A stretch of DNA of 64,000 nucleotides from an uncultured Trueperaceae bacterium (lineage in GTDB: Bacteria; Deinococcota; Deinococci; Deinococcales; Trueperaceae): positions 1 to 64,000 of the forward strand of contig CAWFFU010000014.1 of assembly GCA_963815215.1 (NCBI GenBank), in the 5' to 3' direction. The notes beneath the pieces were generated by a model. It did no database searches. It had not been told where the DNA came from and was given only the letters and a program-made list of their open reading frames with translations. A program made the position numbers and the translations under genes. Each line of letters starts with the position of its first letter. The first letter of the stretch is position 1. Positions 1 to 8,682 of the stretch are shown here, in pieces.

Positions 1-2
1 AG

Positions 3-1352
3 TTCATCTTCACGCTCGTCATGGCGCTGCGGTGCTACCCGCTCCAGGCCGGCGGGCTCCTCGCTCTCGAAGCGGTGGCGATCGGGATGACGAGCGCCGA
101 GGCCGTCTATCGGGAGATCGTCGCCGATCTTCCGGTCCTCCTGCTGTTGATCTTCATGGTGGCCGGCATCTACTTCCTTCGCGACGTGCTGCTCTATGTG
201 TTCACCAAGCTGTTGGTCGGCGTGCGCTCCAAGGTGTTGCTGTCCCTCGGGTTCGCGTTCGCCGCCGCCTCCCTGTCGGCGTTCCTCGATGCGTTGACGG
301 TGACGGCCGTGATCATCTCGGTGGCGATCGCGTTCTACGGCGTCTACCACAAGGTGGCCTCGGGCAAGGGCTTCGACGATGAGCACGACCACCACGACGA
401 CACGCTCGTCCATGAGTTCCGACACGGTGACCTGGGGCGCTTCCGCGCGTTCCTGCGCAGCCTGATGATGCACGCAGCGGTCGGCACGGCGCTGGGCGGG
501 GTGACGACGCTGGTAGGCGAACCGCAGAACCTTCTGATCGCGAACGTGGCCGGGTGGAACTTCGGGGAGTTCTTCACGCGGCTGGCGCCCATCTCGATGC
601 CCGTGCTGGCGGTAGGCCTGCTCACCTGCGTGCTGCTCGAGCGGCTGAAGTGGTTCGGCTACGGGGAGGAGCTGCCGGCGTCGGTCCGCGAGATCATGGA
701 GGCCTTCGAGCTGCGCGAGGTGACGCGCCGTGACGCCTCGGGCACGCTGCGGATCATCGTGCAGGGGCTGGTGGCGGTGTTCCTGATCGTCGCGTTGGCG
801 TTCCACGTCGCCGAAGTGGGTCTGATCGGGCTGGCAGTGATCATCCTCGCCACGGCCTTCAACGGCGTCACCGACGAGGGCCGCCTCGGTCACGCCTTCC
901 ACGAGGCGTTGCCATTCACGGCGCTGCTGGTCGTGTTCTTCGCGGTGGTGGCCGTGATCCAGGAGCAGCACCTGTTCCAGCCGCTGCTCGACACCGTGAT
1001 GGCCATGAGCGGCCGCGCCCAGATCGGGGCCATGTTCGCGCTCAGCGGCGTGCTCTCGGCGATCAGCGACAACGTCTTCGTGGCCACGGTCTACGTGACG
1101 GGCGTCAAATCCGCGCTCGACGGGGGACTCATCTCGACGGGGCAGTTCAACAACCTGGCGGTCGCGATCAACACGGCCACGAACATCCCGAGCGTCGCCA
1201 CCCCCAACGGTCAGGTCGCCTTCCTGTTCCTGCTGACCTCGGGCCTGGCGCCGCTGATCCGGCTGGGCTACGGGCGCATGGTGTGGATGGCGCTGCCGTA
1301 CACGGTGGTGTTGACCGTCACTGCGCTGGCCGCGACGCTGCTGGCGGTCTAG
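3..1352 (+). CDS. nhaB: Na+/H+ antiporter NhaB (5'-truncated by window edge)
   Basis: Frame is open from the window edge ([14 protein letters not shown]). NhaB-type motifs [39 protein letters not shown] and [12 protein letters not shown]; many TM segments. Confidence 0.92.
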   Translation, partial: FIFTLVMALRCYPLQAGGLLALEAVAIGMTSAEAVYREIVADLPVLLLLIFMVAGIYFLRDVLLYVFTKLLVGVRSKVLLSLGFAFAAASLSAFLDALTVTAVIISVAIAFYGVYHKVASGKGFDDEHDHHDDTLVHEFRHGDLGRFRAFLRSLMMHAAVGTALGGVTTLVGEPQNLLIANVAGWNFGEFFTRLAPISMPVLAVGLLTCVLLERLKWFGYGEELPASVREIMEAFELREVTRRDASGTLRIIVQGLVAVFLIVALAFHVAEVGLIGLAVIILATAFNGVTDEGRLGHAFHEALPFTALLVVFFAVVAVIQEQHLFQPLLDTVMAMSGRAQIGAMFALSGVLSAISDNVFVATVYVTGVKSALDGGLISTGQFNNLAVAINTATNIPSVATPNGQVAFLFLLTSGLAPLIRLGYGRMVWMALPYTVVLTVTALAATLLAV

Positions 1353-1369
1353 CGACGATCCGCGTCAGG

Positions 1370-2503
1370 CTAGCTGGGGCCAGCTGGGGCCGCGGCCTCG
1401 ATGCTCACCTTGGCATCGTCGTGAGGTTCGCTCACGACGCAGTTCCTGCCCGAGCGCTTGCCGGCGTAGAGCGCCTCGTCGGCGGCCCGAACGACGGCTG
1501 CCGCACTGCGGGACGGAGCGCTGGCGGCAACGCCGAAGGTGCCGGTGACGCCGATCCAGTTCCCGGTCGCGCAGTCGATGTGACACTCGCGGACCGCTTC
1601 CAGCATCTTGAGAGCGGCGTAGTGCGCTCCGGCCCGCGTGCTGTTGGGGAACAGGACCAGGAACTCCTCGCCACCCCAGCGGCTGACGTGGTCGGTGTCG
1701 CGCACGGCTCCTTCGAGCACGCCGGCTACGGCTTCCAGGACGGCGTCGCCGCAGGCGTGCCCGTAGGAATCGTTGATACGCTTGAAGCGGTCGAGGTCGA
1801 CCATGACGACGGCGTAGCGCTCGCCGAGGTGTTGCATGCGAACCTGCGCTGCCTGCAGCAGGGTCTCGATGGCGCGCCGGTTGAACAGGCCGGTGAGGGG
1901 GTCACGGTTGGAGAGCTCCTCCAGGGTGAAGGTAGCGCGGCGCAGGCCGGCCTCGGCGTCGCCGGTGGCCCTGCCCACGATGACGGCCAGAACCGCCATG
2001 GTGGCGGCGAAGCTGACGGCGTTGAACACGCCGAGCACGTCCACGCCGGGCGCCACCGGCGCGGCCAGGGTGCCGGTGAGGTAGGCGTGGAGGGCCAGCA
2101 GGCCGTAGGCGCCGACGGTCGACGTGCACGCCACGGCCTTGGTTCGCCGTGACCAGCTGGGGTGGAGCACGAACAGCATCGGCAGGACGAGCAGGTAGTA
2201 GTGGAAGCCGCTCGTCCAGCCCAGGAGCAGGGTGGCGGTGACGAACAACAGGACGAGGTTCGTCACGGCCAGGAGGAACGCCCCGCGCTCGTGGCCGTTC
2301 CGGAGCAATGCCCACACGGTCCCGTGCAGCGCCATGCTGCCGAAGTTGACCCACACCATCACCGTCAGGCCCAGCCCGATGAAGAGGGCGGCCAGTGCGA
2401 GGTGGATCGGGAGTGCGGCCCGCTGCATGCGCGTGAAGATCCAACGGAACCGTTCGTCGGCCAGTCGCGCCGAACCTTCGGGGACGCGCCGCTCTTGCTC
2501 CAT
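1370..2503 (-). CDS. Membrane-bound diguanylate cyclase (about 6 TM + GGDEF)
   Basis: DPLTGLFNRR, DLDRFKRINDSYGH..GD, RxxD I-site (RDTD) followed by RWGGEEF, ADEALY..K..GRN. Start chosen at ATG 2503; the ORF extends to 2599. Confidence 0.9.
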   Translation of the reverse strand: MEQERRVPEGSARLADERFRWIFTRMQRAALPIHLALAALFIGLGLTVMVWVNFGSMALHGTVWALLRNGHERGAFLLAVTNLVLLFVTATLLLGWTSGFHYYLLVLPMLFVLHPSWSRRTKAVACTSTVGAYGLLALHAYLTGTLAAPVAPGVDVLGVFNAVSFAATMAVLAVIVGRATGDAEAGLRRATFTLEELSNRDPLTGLFNRRAIETLLQAAQVRMQHLGERYAVVMVDLDRFKRINDSYGHACGDAVLEAVAGVLEGAVRDTDHVSRWGGEEFLVLFPNSTRAGAHYAALKMLEAVRECHIDCATGNWIGVTGTFGVAASAPSRSAAAVVRAADEALYAGKRSGRNCVVSEPHDDAKVSIEAAAPAGPS

Positions 2504-2585
2504 GCCCCACTCTACGGCGGGGGTGCCCTCGACTCTCATCAGGAGCCGGGCTGTTCCAGGGTAGGGCGTCGGTGCCGTTGCCCGG

Positions 2586-3818
2586 TCAGCGGTCGCCACT
2601 CCGCGCCATCAGGGTGGGCGGGAACGCCAGGACGAAGGCCGTTGACAGAAGGCCGATCGCGGCCAGCACCCAGAAGACGAGCACCAGGGAACTCGGGTCG
2701 ACCCATAGGCCGAGCACCAGCACCAGGATCGCTCCCACTCCGTTCGCGAGCCCCATGGCGATCCCCGAGCCCATGGACTTGCTGCCTGGGAACATATCCT
2801 GGCCGATGAGGACCGTGGCCGACGCGCTCAGGAACATCGAGATGCCGACGAGGGCGGCGAACACCCAGATCCACACGCCGTGCGCCAGGGCGATCGGCAC
2901 GATGAAGACCGACATCGCGACGGCCGACAGGATCAGGATCGGTCGTCGGCCGAGCGTGTCGGTGAGTTGCCCGCCGGCCAGGTTGCCGATGACGCCGAGC
3001 ACCAGCATGGTCGTCACGATCGAGGCGCCTCCGACGAGCGATCCGCCGCGGGCGTGCCACAGCAGGGGGATGAACGTCACCAGCCCGGCCGTCACCAGCG
3101 CCCGTAGGCCGCGGTAGCCGATCAGGGCCGCCAGCGGCCGCGCCTGTCGGCGCCAGCCGAGCGCGCCCGCGGTACGGCGGCGCGCCGGCAGGCGGGGGGC
3201 CCAGCGCCACAGGAACGGCACCGAGACGAGCGCGGGGAGGGCCACGATCCACAGGCTGCGCAGGCCGAACGACGTCCCGATCAGGCTCGCAACGGTCGGC
3301 CAGATGCCGCGCCCCAGCTCGCCCCCCACCAGGAAGGCCGACGTCAGCAGGCCCTGCCGGACGGGAGCGACCGCGCGCACGGCGGCCATCGCCTGGGGGT
3401 GGAACATGGCGCTGCCCAGCCCGATCAGCACCAGGAAGGCCATCAGTGAGCCCATCGAGCCGGCTCGGCCGATCATCGCGCCGCCCAGCGAGCTCGCCAG
3501 CAGGCCGATCACGATGAGGCTCCGGCCGCCCACGCGATCGGCGATCCATCCCATCAACGGCTGCGTCGTCTGGCCGATCGACAGCGCCGCCATCAGGGCG
3601 CCCGCCATCCGCACCGGCTGGTCGAGGGACAGCAGGACTGCGGGGAGGACGCCCGGCAGGAAGTTGGCGGCGCCGTCGTTGAGGAAGTGGACCCAGCTCA
3701 GGCCGAGCAGCCTGCCGGCGTCGGGGCGCGCCGTCTCCGTGGGGCCGGGCGCCGTTCCGGCGGGGGCGGGGGCGGTCTCCAGCAGGCGGGGCGGACCGGC
3801 GTCGACGTGCCCCCTCAT
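2586..3818 (-). CDS. MFS transporter (Fsr-like)
   Basis: HFLND, QPLMGWIADRVG (MFS motif A), AMFHP and GGQLTDTLGRR; about 12 TM. Confidence 0.85.
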   Translation of the reverse strand: MRGHVDAGPPRLLETAPAPAGTAPGPTETARPDAGRLLGLSWVHFLNDGAANFLPGVLPAVLLSLDQPVRMAGALMAALSIGQTTQPLMGWIADRVGGRSLIVIGLLASSLGGAMIGRAGSMGSLMAFLVLIGLGSAMFHPQAMAAVRAVAPVRQGLLTSAFLVGGELGRGIWPTVASLIGTSFGLRSLWIVALPALVSVPFLWRWAPRLPARRRTAGALGWRRQARPLAALIGYRGLRALVTAGLVTFIPLLWHARGGSLVGGASIVTTMLVLGVIGNLAGGQLTDTLGRRPILILSAVAMSVFIVPIALAHGVWIWVFAALVGISMFLSASATVLIGQDMFPGSKSMGSGIAMGLANGVGAILVLVLGLWVDPSSLVLVFWVLAAIGLLSTAFVLAFPPTLMARSGDR

Positions 3819-3969
3819 GGCTCGGTGGGGGCCGCCGGACGGACCGCCCCCGCCCCGAGATCGACTGCTGCCACGGTCGTGGGGCCGGGCCGCTGCTCCG
3901 TGGGCTCGGCCGCACGCTCACCCGGAGGTCGTGGCATGGGTTCCCCCGCGGGTTCACCGCTGGGCTGGG

Positions 3970-4632
3970 TCATCTTGGCTCCTCCTTCGTGTCGGGCGCG
4001 GTAGGGTCCTCGGGTCCGTGGGCGCCGGGTAGGGTCGCGTCGATCTCGTCCGTGGTGACCGCGCTCGGGTCGGAACCGTCCGAAAGCGCGCTTCGCAGCT
4101 CGCCCAGTAGGGAATGCAGGTGCGCCAACGCACCACCGGCGTGGTGCTCGTGTTCGTCCAGGCGCGCGGCCAGACGCTTGTCGAGGCGCTCGTCGAGGTG
4201 CTCTGCCAGGCGCTCCTCCCAGGCGCGGGCGCGGCGGGCGACCTGCGAGGCGACCTGCCGGCCCTCGTCGGTGACGCGCAGCCGGCGCCGCTGGCGGTGG
4301 GCGGGGTCCTCCACGGACCGGAGATGGCCCCCGCTCTCGAGGTTGTCGACCAGGCGTTTAGCGTTCATGGCGTCGGTGCGCATCCGACGTGCGAGCTCGC
4401 GGAGCCCAAGCCCCGAGTCCTCCGCTACCAGCCGCAGCACCAGCGCCTGGGGAGCGCTCAGCCCCAGATCGGCGAGCTGCTCCTCCCAGGCCGAGCGCAG
4501 CGCGCGGTGGGTGCTCCCGAGAAGGAACCCGAGACCGTCTTCGGCCGAGCCGGGGCCGCGTGTCGGTCCGGGACCGCCGTCCTCGTGCGATCGGCCGCTG
4601 TCCGGCCGGCGATCGTGGAGCCTCGTCGTCAC
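3970..4632 (-). CDS. MarR-family transcriptional regulator
   Basis: LGLSAPQALVL...LRELARRM...LVDNLES.G...DPAHRQRRRLRVTDEG winged helix; lies upstream of the MFS gene. Confidence 0.85.
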   Translation of the reverse strand: MTTRLHDRRPDSGRSHEDGGPGPTRGPGSAEDGLGFLLGSTHRALRSAWEEQLADLGLSAPQALVLRLVAEDSGLGLRELARRMRTDAMNAKRLVDNLESGGHLRSVEDPAHRQRRRLRVTDEGRQVASQVARRARAWEERLAEHLDERLDKRLAARLDEHEHHAGGALAHLHSLLGELRSALSDGSDPSAVTTDEIDATLPGAHGPEDPTAPDTKEEPR

Positions 4633-4793
4633 GACGGAAGGGTACGCCTCAGACCGTAGTGTTGTCTACGGTCCAACCAACACGATGCTTCGGCCTGCCT
4701 GTCCGGCTTCACCAGGGGCGAGCGCCTCTACGAGACCCAGTGCGATTCAATGGCGGGCCGCCCCCAACCGCTTGGGCGGCCGGCCACCAACGC

Positions 4794-5555
4794 TCAGGCG
4801 ATCTTGCGCCGATAGACGGCCATCGCGAAGCCATAGGCCACGATGAGGCTGGCCACGCACCAGGCGAGGGCGATCCAGATGTCGCTTCCGACCGGCTGCT
4901 TCTCCAGGAGCGCACGGATGGTGTCGACGATGGACGTGACTGGCTGATGCTGCGCGAAGGCCCGCACCGGCCCCGGCATCGTCGAGGTGGGAACGAAGGC
5001 CGAGCTCACGAACGGCAGGAATACGATCGGATACGAGAACGCAGCCGCCCCATCCGGCGACGACGCCAGCAGACCGGCGATCACCGCCACCCACGTCAAC
5101 ACCAGCGTGAACAGCGCCAGGATGCCGGCGACGGCGAGCCAGGCCAACACCCCCGCCGACGGCCGGAAGCCCATGACCAGGGCCACCAGGACGATGATCA
5201 CCACCGAGATCGCGTTGGACGCCAGCGAGGTCAACACATGCCCCCACAGCACCGACGACCGCACGATGGGCAGGGAGTGGAACCTGTCGAAGATGCCGCT
5301 CTGTAGATCCATGAACAACCGGTAACCGGCGTACGAGATGCCGCTCGCGATGGCGATCAGCAGGATGCCGGGAAGCAGGTAATCGACGTAGTTCCCGCTG
5401 CCGGCACGGATGGCGCCTCCGAATACGTACACGAACAGCAACATGAATGCGATCGGCATGATCGTCACCGTGATGATGGTGTCCAGGCTGCGGGTCACGT
5501 GAAGCATGCTCCGCCCGACCATCACACCCGTGTTGCCGAAGAATCGCCCGCTCAT
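4794..5555 (-). CDS. ABC-2 type exporter permease (DrrB-like)
   Basis: YVDYLLPGILL, GIFDRFHSLP and FVSSAFVP; ATGA overlap with the upstream ATPase. Confidence 0.88.
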   Translation of the reverse strand: MSGRFFGNTGVMVGRSMLHVTRSLDTIITVTIMPIAFMLLFVYVFGGAIRAGSGNYVDYLLPGILLIAIASGISYAGYRLFMDLQSGIFDRFHSLPIVRSSVLWGHVLTSLASNAISVVIIVLVALVMGFRPSAGVLAWLAVAGILALFTLVLTWVAVIAGLLASSPDGAAAFSYPIVFLPFVSSAFVPTSTMPGPVRAFAQHQPVTSIVDTIRALLEKQPVGSDIWIALAWCVASLIVAYGFAMAVYRRKIA

Positions 5556-6325
5556 CGCGCCCCCTCCTGGTCCCTCTTCGAACCTTCGTCGCTCCCCACG
5601 ATCGCGAGGAAGATCTCCTCCAACGTCGGCTGCCGCTCCACGTACTCCACCTTCGCCGGCGGCAAGAGCTTCCTCAGCTCCGCCAGCGTGCCGGACACGA
5701 TGATGGTGCCCCCATGGAGGATCGCTATCCGGTCGGCCAGCTTCTCGGCCTCCTCCAGGTACTGGGTGGTGAGCAAGACCGTCGTGCCGGCGGACGCGAG
5801 CGCCCGCACCTCCTGCCAGACCTCGAGGCGGGCTTCCGGATCCAGGCCCGTGGTCGGCTCGTCGAGGAAGATGATCGGTGGATCGCCGATGAGGCTCATG
5901 GCGATGTCCAGTCGGCGACGCATGCCACCGGAGTATGTGGACACCCTGCGCCCCGCGGCGTCGGCAAGACCGAAGCGCCCGAGCAGGTCGTCCGCGACCA
6001 GGCCCGCGTTCCTCACCTCCCGCAGCTTCGCGATCATGACCAGGTTCTCCCGACCGGTGAGCATCTCGTCCACCGCTGCGAACTGCCCCGTCAGGCTGAT
6101 CGACTGCCGCACGCCCGCCGGTTGGGACAACACATCGAACCCGCCGACACTGGCCGTACCATCATCGGGCTTGAGCAAGGTGCTGAGGATCCTCACGACC
6201 GTGGTCTTCCCGGCGCCGTTCGACCCCAGCAACGCCAGCACCGTCCCCGCCGGGACGGTGAGATCGACACCGTCGAGAACGACCACCTTCCCGAACGATT
6301 TCCGCAACCCACGCGCCTCGATCAT
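5552..6325 (-). CDS. ABC exporter ATP-binding protein (DrrA-like)
   Basis: Walker A GSNGAGKTT, signature YSGGM, Walker B IFLDEPTTGLDP, TTQYLEEA. An alternative start is at 6397. Confidence 0.92.
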   Translation of the reverse strand: MIEARGLRKSFGKVVVLDGVDLTVPAGTVLALLGSNGAGKTTVVRILSTLLKPDDGTASVGGFDVLSQPAGVRQSISLTGQFAAVDEMLTGRENLVMIAKLREVRNAGLVADDLLGRFGLADAAGRRVSTYSGGMRRRLDIAMSLIGDPPIIFLDEPTTGLDPEARLEVWQEVRALASAGTTVLLTTQYLEEAEKLADRIAILHGGTIIVSGTLAELRKLLPPAKVEYVERQPTLEEIFLAIVGSDEGSKRDQEGAR

Positions 6326-6465
6326 GCTCCTCGACCCTCTCCGAAGTGGCTGCCGGTCCACTATTGCGCCAAGGGGTTCAACGACCTTTTCTCTCATTCA
6401 CTAAGTTAACTGCTGGCGTGACTTCTTTGTCAAGAGGTATCATGCCTCGTGAAGGGACCCACTCG

Positions 6466-7536
6466 ATGAAGGAAGCGCTTGCGGGCGAGCTACGCCGCTT
6501 CAATGGATTCGGCGCCTCCCTGTTCCGCGCCGCAGCCGCGCGGCTCGACATGCCCACCGCCGACCTGCAGGCCGTGGACCTGCTCGCCACCACCGGCCCC
6601 GCCACGCCCGGCCAGCTCGCGGACCTCACCGGCCTCACCACCGGCGCCGTGACCGGCATGCTGAAGCGACTCGAGGACTCCGGCCTGGTGCGGCGCGACC
6701 CCGACCCGCGCGACGCTCGCCGCGTCATCGTCACCCTCGTCCCCGACAGCCGGCGGCTGCACGAGGTCGAACACACGTTGCACGCCATGACCGAGGCCTG
6801 GGCGGAGGCCGCCGCCGACCTCGACGAAGCGCGAGCGGCCACACTCCTCGACTTCCTCAAGCGCTGCAACGCCCTGTCCCACGGCGAGATCATCCGGCTG
6901 CGCGAGACGCCCTCCCCCGGCAAGGAGAACACGTCCTCCCCCATCGCAGGTGCCAGCGCCGGAAGCCTGACCATTCGGGGCGCATCCCTGCTCCGCCTCC
7001 GGGTCGACCGCACGCTGCAGGACCTCTACACCGCGCATTTCGACGGGCCCGTGCCCACTGTGAAGGCCACCCGCGGCACCATCACCATGCACTACGCCAG
7101 GCGCGTCCAACTCCTCGGCATGGGCAGACAGAGCGCTGCCATCACCCTCAATGCCCACATCCCCTGGCGCATCTCCGTCAAGGGAGCGGCCTCCATGATC
7201 GAAGCTGACCTGCGCGACCTGACCCTCACGGAGCTCGAGATCGACGGCGCTGCGAGCTCGATCGACCTGCAACTCCCCGGCTGCACGACCGTCGTGCGCG
7301 TGCGCATAAGCGGCGGCGCCTCGGCGATCCGCATCCGACGCGCGCCCGGCGCCGCCGCCCAGGTGCACCTGAAGGGATGGGCATCGAAGCTCGACTTCGA
7401 TGGCCAGACATCGAGCAACGTCGGCAACAACCTCTGGCTCCAGAGCAGCGACTACGACCCATCCGGCCCGTACTACGCCATCGAGCTTGCGAGCAGCGCC
7501 AGCTCCGTCACCATCGAACGAAACGACAGACGCTAA
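6466..7536 (+). CDS. MarR-family regulator fused to a C-terminal beta-rich repeat (DUF2154/DUF4097-like) domain
   Basis: N-terminal MarR (TPGQLADLTGLTTGAVTGMLKRLE..G.V.R..DP.DARRV). The C-terminal ~190 aa carries repeated GAAS/GGAS/SASS beta units. Confidence 0.75.
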   Translation: MKEALAGELRRFNGFGASLFRAAAARLDMPTADLQAVDLLATTGPATPGQLADLTGLTTGAVTGMLKRLEDSGLVRRDPDPRDARRVIVTLVPDSRRLHEVEHTLHAMTEAWAEAAADLDEARAATLLDFLKRCNALSHGEIIRLRETPSPGKENTSSPIAGASAGSLTIRGASLLRLRVDRTLQDLYTAHFDGPVPTVKATRGTITMHYARRVQLLGMGRQSAAITLNAHIPWRISVKGAASMIEADLRDLTLTELEIDGAASSIDLQLPGCTTVVRVRISGGASAIRIRRAPGAAAQVHLKGWASKLDFDGQTSSNVGNNLWLQSSDYDPSGPYYAIELASSASSVTIERNDRR

Positions 7537-8015
7537 TCATCGCAGCCACTGGCCACAGAGGACTCCTTCACGAGAACTCCTCAGCGTACGAGCACCAGCG
7601 CGGCGCCGCCTATCCAGCGGCCGGGGCCGCCGTTCGGCCGAAGGCAGACTTTCAGAGAGACCACTCAGGGAGACGGACCCCGTCTCGCCGAACGGTGCCC
7701 CCATTTCTTGGCGTTGCCAACCACATCGCGTCGGCACAGGTCTTCCTGGGGATTGCCCGCGAAGTCCATGAGCTGACGTACGTACGGGCATGTTGAAGCC
7801 GTGGGGCGGTGGCTTTGGGTCTGCGAGGTCTGGTCAGGGGCCACCCTACGGACTCATTCATTCGCCTCTATGCATGAGGCCTCCCCGCGAGCATCGACGT
7901 GGCGACGCATGGCTACATTCCGAGCGCACGGATCGTTACCTTGCGTCGACGTCTGGTTTCAAGAGCATGCGAACCAGGAGACACGCCGTCGGCGGGCGCA
8001 GGTGCTACCCTCCCC

Positions 8016-8034
8016 TATACCCCCAGGGGGTGTA
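8016..8034. promoter_or_regulatory. CsoR/CstR-like operator
   Basis: TATACCCCC-A-GGGGGTGTA inverted repeat (8 of 9 pairs) with C/G tracts, about 50 bp upstream of the DUF302 gene. Confidence 0.6.
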
Positions 8035-8082
8035 TGGCCGAGTTCGGCTCCGGCCGCCCCCGACCCGTTGGAGGAGAGACCC

Positions 8083-8496
8083 ATGGCCCAATTCGCAATG
8101 ACCGCGACCGTCCCCGGCAGCTACGACGAGGTGAAGGAACGCGTCGTCGCCGCGCTCAAGGAGCAGGGGTTCGGCGTGTTGACCACCATCGACGTGCAGT
8201 CCACCCTGAAGCAGAAGCTCGATGCCGACATGGAGCGCTACGAGATCCTCGGCGCCTGCAACCCGGCTTTGGCGCACCAGGCGCTGGAGGCCGACCGGGA
8301 GATCGGGCTGCTGCTGCCCTGCAACGTGGTGCTGCGCCAGGACGGCGACGGCGTCACCGTCAGCATGCTCGACCCGGAGGCGATGTTCTCGCTGGCCGCG
8401 GGCATGGGAGGCGGCGCCCTGGACGAGCTGCCGTCGCAGGCTCGGGCGCGCCTGGCGAAGGCGCTCGAGGCGGTTAAGGCGGTCGCCGTCGGCTGA
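8083..8496 (+). CDS. DUF302 domain protein
   Basis: LKEQGFGVLTTIDV, YEILGACNP..A, IGLLLPCNVV; RBS GGAGGAG upstream of ATG 8083. Confidence 0.9.
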   Translation: MAQFAMTATVPGSYDEVKERVVAALKEQGFGVLTTIDVQSTLKQKLDADMERYEILGACNPALAHQALEADREIGLLLPCNVVLRQDGDGVTVSMLDPEAMFSLAAGMGGGALDELPSQARARLAKALEAVKAVAVG

Positions 8497-8682
8497 CCAC
8501 CCGCTCGACCGACCGCCGGCCCGCGCGTCGAAGCGTGCCCGGGATGGTGTGCGCAATCGTGGGTGCAATCGTGGCCAAGACCGTGGGCTCACCCTCATAC
8601 GCGTTCACGACCGGCTCCCTACACTGACCTGACGCGGGGCCGGGCCGGAGCGGCGCGACCTCGCGGGACGGGAGCGAGCATC

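Noticed and set aside
4670..4790. Integron attC-like site starting GTCCAAC
   Set aside because: No matching GTTRRRY end with proper complementarity, and no integrase.
7635..7680. Glycine riboswitch-like words CCGAAGG and CTCAGG
   Set aside because: The upstream GGAGA element and expected stems are missing, and no glycine-related gene follows.
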